Source: a virus
Lineage: Duplodnaviria > Heunggongvirae > Uroviricota > Caudoviricetes
DNA length: 64,000 nt
Strand: one strand, 5' to 3'
Virus record (IMG/VR): IMGVR_UViG_2645727901_000008
Both the position numbers and the translations under genes were made by a program. The notes beneath the pieces were generated by a model. It made no database searches, was not told where the DNA came from, and saw only the letters and a program-made list of their open reading frames with translations. How positions within the stretch are numbered: position 1 is the first letter of the stretch; each line of letters opens with the position of its first letter. Below, in pieces: positions 39,612 through 49,193 of this stretch.

Positions 39612-40056
39612 CTATCAAGAACTGCGCGAGGCGGCGGAACAGGCAACGCAAGATGAATGGGTAGCATATATTTTGCCGGGTCATAACGGCATTTATCCTG
39701 CGCGCACGTCTGAAGGTAGGCATTGCGGATACTTTATTGACTGGCCTGGCATTGATGGACAAAGGAATGCTGGTGCTAATGCCCGTTATATCGCGGCTAT
39801 CCCACCAAAAGTTGCACTGTCACTCCTAGGCGAAATTAAGCGCCTGGAGGACAAAAATATTGATGCCATGTGCCAAATTGCAGAGCTGGAGAGCAATCGC
39901 GCGGCGCTGGCGGCGGAGCATGGTATTCAGATTGCAATAAATGAACTGCTTGCTCTGGCCCCGCGTCTGGATAAACGAGCGATGGATGCACTCTCTGTGG
40001 CTGTGGAGCACCTGTGTAAACTGATTAAGAAGGAGGCAGTCAGTGAGCAAAATTAA
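39598..40056 (+). CDS. Ead/Ea22-like protein (MSKINYQ family, copy 1)
   Basis: GTG start with GGAGG RBS; N-terminus shared with two downstream paralogs. Confidence 0.45.
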   Translation: MSKINYQELREAAEQATQDEWVAYILPGHNGIYPARTSEGRHCGYFIDWPGIDGQRNAGANARYIAAIPPKVALSLLGEIKRLEDKNIDAMCQIAELESNRAALAAEHGIQIAINELLALAPRLDKRAMDALSVAVEHLCKLIKKEAVSEQN

Positions 40057-40723
40057 TTACCAGGCACTGCGTGAGGCGGCAGAAAAAGCACTACATGGTG
40101 AATGGGGTTACGAGGCAGGGGCAATCTGGAATACCTGTGATAGCGGCTATGTTCAGCACATGGCAGCGGTCGAGACTGGCGATGATGTTAGCGATGAAGA
40201 GCATATGAGCAATATGCGTTTTATCACGCTCGCCACGCCAACTGTTGTTCTTGGATTGCTTGATGAGCTTTCTGAAGCTAAAGCTGCCGAAGAGAATGAG
40301 TCCAGTTGTGCTAACAGCGTTATCGACATCGCTATCAACTGGCAGATGCGAGCCAAAGATGCAGAAGCCAAGCTGGAAGCCGCAGAGAAGCGCATTGCGG
40401 AACTGGAAACAAAAGCGAACCAGCAAACCAGAATAAGCGATAAGAATCTGACCAGGCTGATTGCCGATGCTGACAAAATGCTGGGTATGCGTTCGCCGGT
40501 TATAGACAGCGAGTGGTGGACGCTTTTACGGCAGTTCCTGATTGAACTTCAGGATCGCCGCAGAAACAGCATTTCTGAATCTGGAATCCGTGCTGAAACC
40601 CTGAATGATTTAATCCGACATATTGACAGAAACCTGGATATTGACGCGATGAAATCGCCGTTTGAACTGTCATCTGAAATTGTGGATTACGTTAATAGGC
40701 AACTGCACAAGGAGAATTCGTAA
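40043..40723 (+). CDS. Ead/Ea22-like protein (copy 2)
   Basis: Same N-terminal module; coiled-coil centre. Confidence 0.45.
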   Translation: MSKINYQALREAAEKALHGEWGYEAGAIWNTCDSGYVQHMAAVETGDDVSDEEHMSNMRFITLATPTVVLGLLDELSEAKAAEENESSCANSVIDIAINWQMRAKDAEAKLEAAEKRIAELETKANQQTRISDKNLTRLIADADKMLGMRSPVIDSEWWTLLRQFLIELQDRRRNSISESGIRAETLNDLIRHIDRNLDIDAMKSPFELSSEIVDYVNRQLHKENS

Positions 40724-40942
40724 TGCAGGTGGCATTTGTTGGCCTGTTACCGCATCCGATCCGCCTTTGGGCGGATATGTCACTCATAAAAACGCATTTT
40801 TTTACTACTGATGGCGGCATTCCGGCACCAAAGCGCCGTCATACCGGTATTGCAGCGGCACGACGAGCAGCAAAGAGACGCAGGAGAGCAAAGCGATGAA
40901 AAACCGTAAAGCAAATAAAGTGGCAAAACAGGAGGCGGCGCA

Positions 40943-41119
40943 GTGAACCAGCAAACCAGAATAAGCGATAAGAGCCTGACCAGACTGATTGCCGATGCGG
41001 ACAAGGTGCTGGAGCGGAACACACCCGTTGCCGATGAGGAATGGTGGCAGGATTTCCGGGCTGCAATGCTGGAACTTCAGGAACGTCGTCGGGAGGAGTT
41101 GAAGTGAGTGAATTAAAGT
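40943..41119 (+). CDS. Short ORF duplicating the C-terminal part of copy 2 (possible gene fragment)
   Basis: About 60-bp direct repeat of 40425-40490; GTG start with AGGAGG RBS. Confidence 0.3.
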
Positions 41120-41367
41120 GTCGAATTAATGGCAATCAGATAGAACCGTGTGCGGTACTGGCAAAAGCACTCGAATATGGAAATCCAGCCTTTAAGAGTA
41201 AAGGCATATTTATCCCGGAACGCGTGAATATAAATACCGGCGAGCCAGGCTTAGACATTGCTCAAATTCACTCCGGCCAATATGTCGGTCGTGGTGTTGC
41301 CATGTGTTTTTGCCCGTTCTGTGGTGAAAGTCTGAAAACATGGAAAAAGGAGGCAACCAGTGAGTGA
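41104..41367 (+). CDS. Small Cys-containing protein, paralog of 39312-39611
   Basis: GTG 41104; same FCPFCGESLKTW C-terminus. Confidence 0.4.
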   Translation: MSELKCRINGNQIEPCAVLAKALEYGNPAFKSKGIFIPERVNINTGEPGLDIAQIHSGQYVGRGVAMCFCPFCGESLKTWKKEATSE

Positions 41368-41914
41368 AGTTAACTATCAGGCACTGCGTGAGGTGGCAGA
41401 GGCCGCGAAGGGGGATACGACGTGGCAGAACCTACAGGCTTTTCATGCTGCGGCAACGCTGGAGGTTGTGCAGGCGTTGCTGGATGAAAACGAAAGACTG
41501 TGTCGCGATCTGATAGCTCGTAATGGTGAGATTGAAGGGCTTCGGGAGTGGGCAGAAGAACTGGAGGCACGGGAAGTGGCTTTGCCAGTAGCGTCATGCA
41601 TTGTTGAAGATGGATGCATGTGTGTTGATGGGTTCAGTGAGTATGTAGGTCACTCGCTACCTGATGGAATGCATGAGCTTTATGCTGCCCCACCAGCGTC
41701 GGTAGTGCCGGAAGGACTAGTTAAAGCAGTGCGTTTCTATGAACAGGTAAAGTGTGAGAATCCGCCAGTCGAAACCGGAGCATGGAAAGACGCTATTGAC
41801 TGGGTGCTCAAAGAGGCTTGCCAGGCTGTAAACATTGGCATCAAAGGAGAGAGATATGGCAACTTTAACAAAAAAAGAACAAGCATGGTTGAACGAATTA
41901 CAGGACGTTCTTGA
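41360..41914 (+). CDS. Ead/Ea22-like protein (copy 3)
   Basis: N-terminus MSEVNYQALREVAE. Confidence 0.45.
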   Translation: MSEVNYQALREVAEAAKGDTTWQNLQAFHAAATLEVVQALLDENERLCRDLIARNGEIEGLREWAEELEAREVALPVASCIVEDGCMCVDGFSEYVGHSLPDGMHELYAAPPASVVPEGLVKAVRFYEQVKCENPPVETGAWKDAIDWVLKEACQAVNIGIKGERYGNFNKKRTSMVERITGRS

Positions 41915-42119
41915 TCGCTGTCCGTCACCGAAAAAAATAGGCTTTTACACCATTGGCGATAAAAACATTTACCTGTATGACCTACGCCGCATGGATGTAA
42001 TCATGGAGGCTCTTGATAATCGTTCGTCGATGGATTGGTGTGCTGCTGTCCATGATATGAATGCCGGATTTGATGAAACGATTTTGTTCCCCTCATCAGT
42101 TGAAAGCACTGCGGGTTAA
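41856..42119 (+). CDS. Hypothetical protein
   Basis: ORF overlapping the previous gene end. Confidence 0.35.
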   Translation: MATLTKKEQAWLNELQDVLDRCPSPKKIGFYTIGDKNIYLYDLRRMDVIMEALDNRSSMDWCAAVHDMNAGFDETILFPSSVESTAG

Positions 42120-42129
42120 GGAGTAACAC

Positions 42130-42513
42130 ATGACCACTATTACCAAAGAACGTATTGAATTGTTCATTAAAAATCCGCTTGAAAACGGACTTACCCGTGG
42201 CGAACAAATGGAACTGGCACGAATTGCACTGGCCTCGCTTGAGGCAGAGCCAGTTGGTGCATTCCACATTGCTGAACAGCAAGTTGACGGCACAAGTGAC
42301 TACATCAAGGATGGGGAGTGGCCTATTGATAATGGGACAATTGAAGTCTACGCCGCCCCGCCAGTACCGGTAGTACCTGCTGCATTACCTGAGAACGACG
42401 ATGAGGACGGGCAGGACATTGATTATCTTGAGCCATCTGAAGTTTACGCGCTTGGGCGAACAGCTGGCTGGAACGCCTGCCGTGCTGCCATGCTTAAGGG
42501 AGATAAATCATGA
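42130..42513 (+). CDS. Hypothetical protein
   Basis: 127-aa ORF with GGAG RBS. Confidence 0.4.
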   Translation: MTTITKERIELFIKNPLENGLTRGEQMELARIALASLEAEPVGAFHIAEQQVDGTSDYIKDGEWPIDNGTIEVYAAPPVPVVPAALPENDDEDGQDIDYLEPSEVYALGRTAGWNACRAAMLKGDKS

Positions 42514-42881
42514 TTAATCGTACCAAGCTGGAGCACATCCTCGAATATGCCAGACAGCAGAAGCGCTTTGGTCAGCATTGCAAAATTCCGCCAGGAGATA
42601 TGGTTGAAATCGTGGAGATTGCCATGCGTAAGGCTGGCAACTATCCGGTAACTCCGGATAGTTGGATAAGCTGTAGTGATCGAATGCCTGAAAAGGGCCA
42701 GAACGTGCTTATTTCGGTGAATTTCGATAGCTCTCTGGTTGAACCGCTAATATGCTCCGCACGCTATACCGGAAGCACCTTTCGGCGCGGAGATGCAACG
42801 ATTAAGCCGGGTAATGGTATTGAGCAAGCAACTCACTGGATTCCGCTACCGGAACCGCCGCAGGAGGTTAACCGTGGCTAA
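42510..42881 (+). CDS. Hypothetical protein
   Basis: 123-aa coupled ORF. Confidence 0.4.
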   Translation: MINRTKLEHILEYARQQKRFGQHCKIPPGDMVEIVEIAMRKAGNYPVTPDSWISCSDRMPEKGQNVLISVNFDSSLVEPLICSARYTGSTFRRGDATIKPGNGIEQATHWIPLPEPPQEVNRG

Positions 42882-43155
42882 CCTGCAACTTGCCGTCAAA
42901 GGTGAATACTTCGATGCCATGATTCGCGGGGAGAAAACAGAAGAATATCGCCTGTGTAATGACTACTGGAATAAGCGAATTATGTTCCGGGAATATGACC
43001 GCCTGATTATCACAAAGGGATATCCGAAGCGCGACGATTCCAGTCGCAGAATAGACGTCCCGTATAACGGATATGAAATCAAGACAATCACACATCCGCA
43101 CTTCGGTGATAAACCGGTAAAGGTGTTCGCGATAAAAGTGAAGATTAATAGCTAA
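42874..43155 (+). CDS. ASCH-like small protein
   Basis: GTG 42874 overlapping the upstream stop. Confidence 0.35.
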   Translation: MANLQLAVKGEYFDAMIRGEKTEEYRLCNDYWNKRIMFREYDRLIITKGYPKRDDSSRRIDVPYNGYEIKTITHPHFGDKPVKVFAIKVKINS

Positions 43156-43178
43156 ATTTCAATTAACACGGAGTAATT

Positions 43179-43472
43179 ATGTGGCGCGGTAATAATCATG
43201 GCGGAAGCCAGATGATACTTACCGAATATACGTTCGACCCCAAAACCTATAAATCACGTTCAGTATATTTGCTTCGGCACAATAGCCGCGTAAGGAATAC
43301 CGTGCTGGAGCAAAATCTGACCGTTGAAATGGATAATTTTGGGAACTTCAAGCCAACAATTGCGCTTGATGATTTTCCGCGTGGTTTAAGCGAAAGAGAA
43401 GCAATGCTGAAATTAGCAGAATGGCTACAAAGATTAAGCATTGCTATTGAAGATAACTGGTCTGAACCTTAA
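43179..43472 (+). CDS. Hypothetical protein
   Basis: 97-aa ORF. Confidence 0.35.
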   Translation: MWRGNNHGGSQMILTEYTFDPKTYKSRSVYLLRHNSRVRNTVLEQNLTVEMDNFGNFKPTIALDDFPRGLSEREAMLKLAEWLQRLSIAIEDNWSEP

Positions 43473-43478
43473 ATTTAT

Positions 43479-43853
43479 ATGATGACACTAAAACATTTTC
43501 TTGACCGCCCATTATGGGCGGCAGCCGCAGGCTATGATTTTAATTATATGGATTGCATGTCTTATACTGCCAATGCATACGACCATTCGTTCAGCCTGCT
43601 GTTTAATTCTTTAAGAATATTGCCGGAAACAGAAGTTGGAGAGCTTCATTTATGGCTATTGGGTTTTATCGCGGCTGTCGTTGGTATTGCTGTATGGCCT
43701 TTTATTTTCTGGCTGGTGGCTGTTGTAGTGTGGTTTAAGTGCAAGACATACCGGAAAAAGTATTTCTTAGGTGATGGAATGACTGATATTGCCAAAATGA
43801 ACATTGAAAAATGGACTAAGGAATGTGAAAAGAAATGGCGCAAAAAGAAATGA
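43479..43853 (+). CDS. Membrane protein
   Basis: TM segment LWLLGFIAAVVGIAVWPFIFWLVAVVVWF. Confidence 0.4.
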   Translation: MMTLKHFLDRPLWAAAAGYDFNYMDCMSYTANAYDHSFSLLFNSLRILPETEVGELHLWLLGFIAAVVGIAVWPFIFWLVAVVVWFKCKTYRKKYFLGDGMTDIAKMNIEKWTKECEKKWRKKK

Positions 43854-44458
43854 CCAGAATCACTGAAGAGCGTATATCAGAGATTATTTCCCGTATCGAA
43901 ATGTATGGTCACGGAGCTGGATATACGGCAGATGAAGTATTGGAAATAGCCCAGCAGATGCTGGCCTTGAGACAAAAAGAGCAACATGAAAGTAATACGT
44001 GTAGATTGAATTTTGAGCAGTGGCTGGAACAGCAACGCGGGAAAATCGATGTGGACTGTGGTTGTGTGTCCACTGAAACATTCATGCACTGGCTGCGGGT
44101 AGCTTACGAGGCTGGCAACTATCCGGATATTCCGGATAGTTCGGCGCAAGCACCAGGGAAGGGGGGGTTCCCCGGAGAGCGGATCCGAATTAAGCCGCAT
44201 GTTTACCGTGAACTGGTTAACCGCCTCCACGATACAGCGATCAAGTGTGCTGGCACCCAGCAATTACGGGAAAGAATTAGCCGCGTTTTGGGCGAAGTTA
44301 TTACACCAGATCGTCATAAACAAGCCGAGAAAAGCGGCCTGGAAAGGAGTCATCTTGAGGCGGCATTAAACATTAAACCGGGGCATACGCTAGGTGTCAT
44401 TGATGCCATGTTGGTTCATGAAATGGCTAAGGCGTTATTGCCACTGGAGGCTGATTAA
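43835..44458 (+). CDS. Hypothetical protein sharing a C-terminal module with the 35119 protein
   Basis: PHVYRELVNRLHDTAIKCAGTQQLRERISRVL vs PHIYRELVNALRDVAIECHGTDQLRARLSQTL. Confidence 0.4.
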   Translation: MAQKEMTRITEERISEIISRIEMYGHGAGYTADEVLEIAQQMLALRQKEQHESNTCRLNFEQWLEQQRGKIDVDCGCVSTETFMHWLRVAYEAGNYPDIPDSSAQAPGKGGFPGERIRIKPHVYRELVNRLHDTAIKCAGTQQLRERISRVLGEVITPDRHKQAEKSGLERSHLEAALNIKPGHTLGVIDAMLVHEMAKALLPLEAD

Positions 44459-44521
44459 ATTCCGGATAAAGCTGATATCTGATCACCATGCTAAAATCCC
44501 CTCAATTCACAGAGGGGATTT

Positions 44522-44794
44522 TTGTATATGTTGCGTAGATTTTTAGGTAAAAGCGTTATTGTCGGTGCGATGTTGGCTATGTCTGGGTGTGCTATGGTGC
44601 AATACAATGACGGAGAAAAGGTTAGCATCCAGTCAGATGGTTGGTATGGCCTGGATAGCCTGCAAAAAACAGCGGATAAAGCCTGCCAGCAATACGGAAA
44701 GTCTAAAGCCGTATATCAGCATAGCGCGAACGCTAACCCTCATCTTGCGCCCGGTTCGGGTGTTCAGAATACCATCTGGAAATGTGAGCCTTAA
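44522..44794 (+). CDS. Small lipoprotein
   Basis: Signal peptide with lipobox LAMSGC. Confidence 0.5.
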   Translation: MYMLRRFLGKSVIVGAMLAMSGCAMVQYNDGEKVSIQSDGWYGLDSLQKTADKACQQYGKSKAVYQHSANANPHLAPGSGVQNTIWKCEP

Positions 44795-44796
44795 AC

Positions 44797-45045
44797 ATGA
44801 GCGACTGGAATATTGCAGCCAAAAGTCAGGAAGAACGGGATAAGGTTAACGTAGATCTGGCTGCCAGCGGTGTGGCGTACAAAGAGCGATTGAACATACC
44901 AGTCATAGCGGAACAGGTGGCCAGGGAACAACCTGAGCACTTGCGTGCATATTTCATGGAAAGACTACGTTATTACCGCGAGCAGAGCGTGAAACTACCA
45001 AAAGGAAGTGATCCGGTATATCAAAAGGCAGATCCACAAAAATAA
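44797..45045 (+). CDS. hot: Pol III theta-subunit homologue (P1 Hot-like)
   Basis: [39 protein letters not shown] matches HolE as recalled. Confidence 0.75.
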   Translation: MSDWNIAAKSQEERDKVNVDLAASGVAYKERLNIPVIAEQVAREQPEHLRAYFMERLRYYREQSVKLPKGSDPVYQKADPQK

Positions 45046-45120
45046 GCCTTTTCAATAAGCTATATCACCACCAGCTAAAAAATACATTCTGACTTGCATG
45101 AAATGCGCCCTTTAGCGATA

Positions 45121-45140
45121 TACTGTATATAAACACAGTA
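45121..45140. promoter_or_regulatory. LexA (SOS) box overlapping the humD promoter
   Basis: TACTGTATATAAACACAGTA fits CTGT-N8-ACAG; TTGCAT and TATACT promoter-like hexamers nearby. Confidence 0.65.
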
Positions 45141-45156
45141 TTTAGGAGGGCGTATA

Positions 45157-45549
45157 ATGGGATTCCCATCACCAGCAGCCGATTTTGCTGAAAGCAGAAT
45201 TTCGCTTGACGCACAATTCATCAAACGACCAACCGCAACATATTTCATGCGGGCCGCCTGCTCACATCTCCGTGAGGGGATTTTGCAAGGTGCAATGCTG
45301 GTGGTTGATTCATCTCTTCCACCACTGGATGGTTCTCTACTCATATGTGCCGTAGAGGGAGAATTTCGCGTAAAGCGATACCGCAAGCATCCTCGCCCAC
45401 ACCTTGAGGATCTGGAAAGCGGAAGACGTGAGTCACTGCCAGATGATGATGACAGCAGCTATTCCGGGAGTCAGGCCATATTCGGGGTAATCACATACAT
45501 CATTAACGATGCCAGGAGTGGGGAATTTGATGATTGCCCGGTGATTTAA
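45157..45549 (+). CDS. humD: UmuD-prime homologue HumD
   Basis: 130 aa S24-peptidase-like core lacking the N-terminal arm; AGGAGGG RBS; LexA box upstream. Confidence 0.8.
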   Translation: MGFPSPAADFAESRISLDAQFIKRPTATYFMRAACSHLREGILQGAMLVVDSSLPPLDGSLLICAVEGEFRVKRYRKHPRPHLEDLESGRRESLPDDDDSSYSGSQAIFGVITYIINDARSGEFDDCPVI

Positions 45550-45621
45550 GCTGCAAAGAGCTGGTGCTTTATGCTTGTGAAGTTTATACTTGTGTACACA
45601 TAACGAGTACACGAGGTGTTT

Positions 45622-45843
45622 ATGCAATCCATTAACTTCCGTACCGCGCGTGGCAACCTTTCTGAAGTGCTCAACAATGTTGAAGCCGGGGAAGAGGTTG
45701 AAATCACCCGCAGAGGCCGTGAGCCAGCAGTAATTGTCAGCAAGGCTACTTTCGAAGCCTACAAAAAAGCGGCGCTGGATGCTGAATTTGCATCCCTGTT
45801 TGACACCCTGGACTCCACCAACAAGGAACTGGTTAACCGATAA
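45622..45843 (+). CDS. phd: Phd antitoxin
   Basis: [49 protein letters not shown] matches P1 Phd as recalled. Confidence 0.95.
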
Positions 45844-46223
45844 TGAGGCATATATCACCGGAAGAACTTATTGCGCTTCATGATGCGAATATAAGCCGCT
45901 ACGGCGGCCTGCCGGGAATGTCAGATCCGGGTAGGGCAGAGGCCATTATCGGGAGAGTTCAGGCCAGAGTTGCCTACGACGAGATCACCGACCTTTTCGA
46001 AGTCTCCGCCACCTACCTGGTGGCTACGGCGAGAGGGCATATATTCAATGATGCCAATAAGCGTACCGCGCTAAACAGTGCGCTGCTATTTCTACGCCGT
46101 AACGGTATACAGGTATATGATTCTCCCGTGCTGGTGGAACTTGCGGTGGGGGCCGCAACTGGTGAAATCCCCGTATCTTCAGTAGCGGAAAAACTACGTG
46201 AATTATTTGGTTCCAATATTTGA
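45843..46223 (+). CDS. doc: Doc toxin (Fic-fold)
   Basis: 126 aa, start overlaps the phd stop; [11 protein letters not shown] Fic-type motif. Confidence 0.95.
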
Positions 46224-46306
46224 AAAGAAGCCCGCTCAACCAGGCGGGCTTCCTACTATCACTCAATGATTTTTTCTGCTGTCAGCCAGCTAATTCGGTG
46301 ATGTTT

Positions 46307-47113
46307 TTAGGCGTCAGCATCAGCATCCTCCGCTACCTCTGCTTCCACATCAGCCACGGCTTCATCGGACGGTTCTTCTTTGGCCTGATCTGCAATCGCC
46401 GCACGGCATTTCGCCCTGGCTGTAGCGATTGCTTCAGCTCGCACATCATCAGGAATCGTTGACGTGATATACATATCCACTTCTTCGGCGCGGAACACTG
46501 TTTGGTCCAGATATTCGCGTAGCATCCAGGTAAATTCGAAATCACACGCGATAATCTCTGCGCTACCTTCTGCACCATTTGAGAAATGAATAAATGCCTG
46601 TTTAGCCAAACCGATAACACGACATGCGGTTGCCAAAACAGCGACAACTAGGTTTACATTTTCACACGCTACGGGCTGATTAACGCCGGAGATTACTCCA
46701 TTTAACTGTCGGTTATATGGAAGGTAGTTTGAGATGCGTTCTACGCGCCATGTGCCAGTCAGGCTGCCATTTTTAAATATAATTGGTGTAACGGATAGCC
46801 CAAGCTCGCGTATAAGTCGTTGCGCTATAGCAGGATCATTAAACAGGTCTAATGCTATACATTCGAAAGACTGCGCAAGGGCAAACAGTTCTTCCAGAGA
46901 GTAGTCTTTGCCCCTGGCGGTGATGTAACGACGAACGCCGCTGTCTGCATCACTCCATATAGCTACGCCATGCTCTTCATTCAGCACTTCATTAAAGCCG
47001 AGATACGTCATGATAGTGCGTTCAATCGTGTCAAACGGCAGTGACATGTCGGCGTTAACAGCCACCAGCAGGCCATTACGCAAGCGGTATTGAATTGTTT
47101 TGGTGCTTTCCAT
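46307..47113 (-). CDS. Hypothetical protein with acidic C-terminus
   Basis: 268-aa ORF. Confidence 0.4.
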   Translation of the reverse strand: MESTKTIQYRLRNGLLVAVNADMSLPFDTIERTIMTYLGFNEVLNEEHGVAIWSDADSGVRRYITARGKDYSLEELFALAQSFECIALDLFNDPAIAQRLIRELGLSVTPIIFKNGSLTGTWRVERISNYLPYNRQLNGVISGVNQPVACENVNLVVAVLATACRVIGLAKQAFIHFSNGAEGSAEIIACDFEFTWMLREYLDQTVFRAEEVDMYITSTIPDDVRAEAIATARAKCRAAIADQAKEEPSDEAVADVEAEVAEDADADA

Positions 47114-47119
47114 GTCAAA

Positions 47120-47797
47120 TCACTCCACTACAAACCAGTCACATGCCAGTAAGTCGCCTACAGAAGGAACCCACGGAACAACTACACCTTGTGCATTTTT
47201 TAAGGCGAAATAAGCACCATACGGAACGAGGTCGCCGGGGAAATATCCCTTAATGGGTTCCATTCGTGCCGGGTACTGTCCTTCAGGAACCAGCCAGCAG
47301 AATTGGTTTTCGCCGTTCCACCCGCGTCGAGCAACTTTCTTGCCATCCTTCAGCCACATCAGCGCGTCAGAAAAGTCGGCTGCTTCAAGGTCGATTTCTT
47401 CTTGCTGGGTGGTGATGCCACCAGCAGAAATAGTTACGCTCCCGGTAAGATTAATCATCACGCCGTTGTCATCCGTAATGATGACCGTGGTTCCATTTTT
47501 GGCGGCGTCGTTAACCAGGCCATAGCGTTCCTCAAATGGTTTCTCCGGGGCATAGAACAAATAACCGTTTTCATAAACGATCAGATACCCGCCAGTTTTT
47601 GGTCGGTGTTTTTGTAAAAACATTGCGTCAACACAAACTGTTGCCCCTTTTGGCTCAACGAGTTCGATGCAGCCCCAAAGTGGGGCATCAGTTACTCCGA
47701 AAATAACAACATTTTTGATTTTCGATGCACTAACGTTTTTGTGAGCTTTGTATTTGGGAAGGAACTTAAAAAGCTCTTTCGTTGCCATGTTATTCAT
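47120..47797 (-). CDS. Hypothetical protein
   Basis: 225-aa ORF. Confidence 0.4.
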   Translation of the reverse strand: MNNMATKELFKFLPKYKAHKNVSASKIKNVVIFGVTDAPLWGCIELVEPKGATVCVDAMFLQKHRPKTGGYLIVYENGYLFYAPEKPFEERYGLVNDAAKNGTTVIITDDNGVMINLTGSVTISAGGITTQQEEIDLEAADFSDALMWLKDGKKVARRGWNGENQFCWLVPEGQYPARMEPIKGYFPGDLVPYGAYFALKNAQGVVVPWVPSVGDLLACDWFVVE

Positions 47798-47811
47798 AGT
47801 CTTTTCTCTGC

Positions 47812-48306
47812 TTATAACTTTTCGTACTGAAGCGGTGAACGCTTAATTTCAAAGTGGCCTTCCGATGTGCTACCAAAGCCACCAGCACCACGTTCCGTTT
47901 CGTTGAGTTCCTCAACCTCGACTAGTGAGACTTGTTCAACACGCTCAAAAATGCCTTGCATGACAGCCATTCCTGGCTTGAGACAAACGCCTTCCCCGCC
48001 GGGATCAGTAATCAGTTTTGCCATGATTTCACCGCGATAATCGGAGTCGATAATTCCTACGCAGTTAGCCAGGCGAGTATGTTTTTTGCAGCCCAATCCG
48101 GATCGCGGATAGAGTTTCAGACACCAGCCGGGCGGGATCTCCATAGCCAGTCCGGTATACACCCACCAGCTTGAGGAAATTGCACCATTGCTATCGACGC
48201 ATGTTTTTATTTCAACAGCCTCAAAATCCATCGCCGCCGATCCGGAGGTGGCATAAGCTGGAAGTTTTGCTGCCGGATGTAGGCGTTTCACTTTTACGTA
48301 AATCAT
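47812..48306 (-). CDS. dut: dUTPase
   Basis: Motifs YPRSGL, GIIDSDYRGE, RGAGGFGSTS. Confidence 0.75.
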   Translation of the reverse strand: MIYVKVKRLHPAAKLPAYATSGSAAMDFEAVEIKTCVDSNGAISSSWWVYTGLAMEIPPGWCLKLYPRSGLGCKKHTRLANCVGIIDSDYRGEIMAKLITDPGGEGVCLKPGMAVMQGIFERVEQVSLVEVEELNETERGAGGFGSTSEGHFEIKRSPLQYEKL

Positions 48307-48779
48307 TGTTTTTTAGCTCTCTGCGTGAAGGTGTAAACCCGACGTTTGATATGTGGAACGGTAGGAACAGGAAGACAGGAACTTTCAATAACCCCTTGCT
48401 CCTCCAGCGATCGCACCGCCCGCAAGAACTGCGACGTGTCGCCGCCAAACTGGCGGGCATAGGTGCTGCCGTTAAGAAGTATTTGAGCTATTACCCGAGC
48501 TTTTGTCTGGCTGTCACGATATGCGAATAGCCGCACGGCCTCTTCTGGCGCAATCGCTAACTGATAGCCTTTACCGGCACGGTGTCGAATGAATCCATGC
48601 GCCAGTAGGTTTTTGAGTTCGTTACGAGTGCGAACAGATCCGTAATCCAGGAAGTGCGGATTAATAACGACTGGCTTAAACCATTCCGTAGGTGCTTTAG
48701 CTAATAGAGCTAACAGCTTTCCGGACAATTCTGGATAGGAAGACGGGTAACAATTCAGAGATGGGTAATAAGTTTTCAC
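48303..48779 (-). CDS. Hypothetical protein
   Basis: 158-aa coupled ORF. Confidence 0.4.
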   Translation of the reverse strand: MKTYYPSLNCYPSSYPELSGKLLALLAKAPTEWFKPVVINPHFLDYGSVRTRNELKNLLAHGFIRHRAGKGYQLAIAPEEAVRLFAYRDSQTKARVIAQILLNGSTYARQFGGDTSQFLRAVRSLEEQGVIESSCLPVPTVPHIKRRVYTFTQRAKKQ

Positions 48780-49120
48780 CGACGCCCCCTTGCAGGATAT
48801 CGACCTGCATCAGTATCCGGTGCGATAAAGCCGGTAGTGGGGCGAGTGAAAGCGAGATTAATCTTCTCGACCATAGTGCGATAATTTTCCTGATAGTGGG
48901 CCAGGAGTTTTTCGGCGGCAATGATGGTTACTTTCCGGACGTAGCTTTCTGCTTCCTCCAGATTTCGCCAGTTTTTTTCGAGGGTAAACACAGGGACGGC
49001 CTCAAGCCCGGTCATGATGCCGAATACAACGACAGCATGACTGTTCTTAACACCAGCAGCGAAGGTTACGGTGTAACCATCCACCTTAAAGCGTCTTGAT
49101 TCCGTGATTTGACTCTGCAA
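48776..49120 (-). CDS. Hypothetical protein downstream of operator
   Basis: 114-aa ORF. Confidence 0.4.
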   Translation of the reverse strand: MQSQITESRRFKVDGYTVTFAAGVKNSHAVVVFGIMTGLEAVPVFTLEKNWRNLEEAESYVRKVTIIAAEKLLAHYQENYRTMVEKINLAFTRPTTGFIAPDTDAGRYPARGRR

Positions 49121-49174
49121 AGCACCCTCCGAAATAGGCGAGGGTACTTTACAGCAAAGATAACAATCTAAAAA

Positions 49175-49190
49175 GATGTGTTAGAAATTT
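49175..49190. promoter_or_regulatory. C1-type operator-like site
   Basis: GATGTGTTAGAAATTT between the cre stop and the next gene start. Confidence 0.45.
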
Positions 49191-49193
49191 AAT

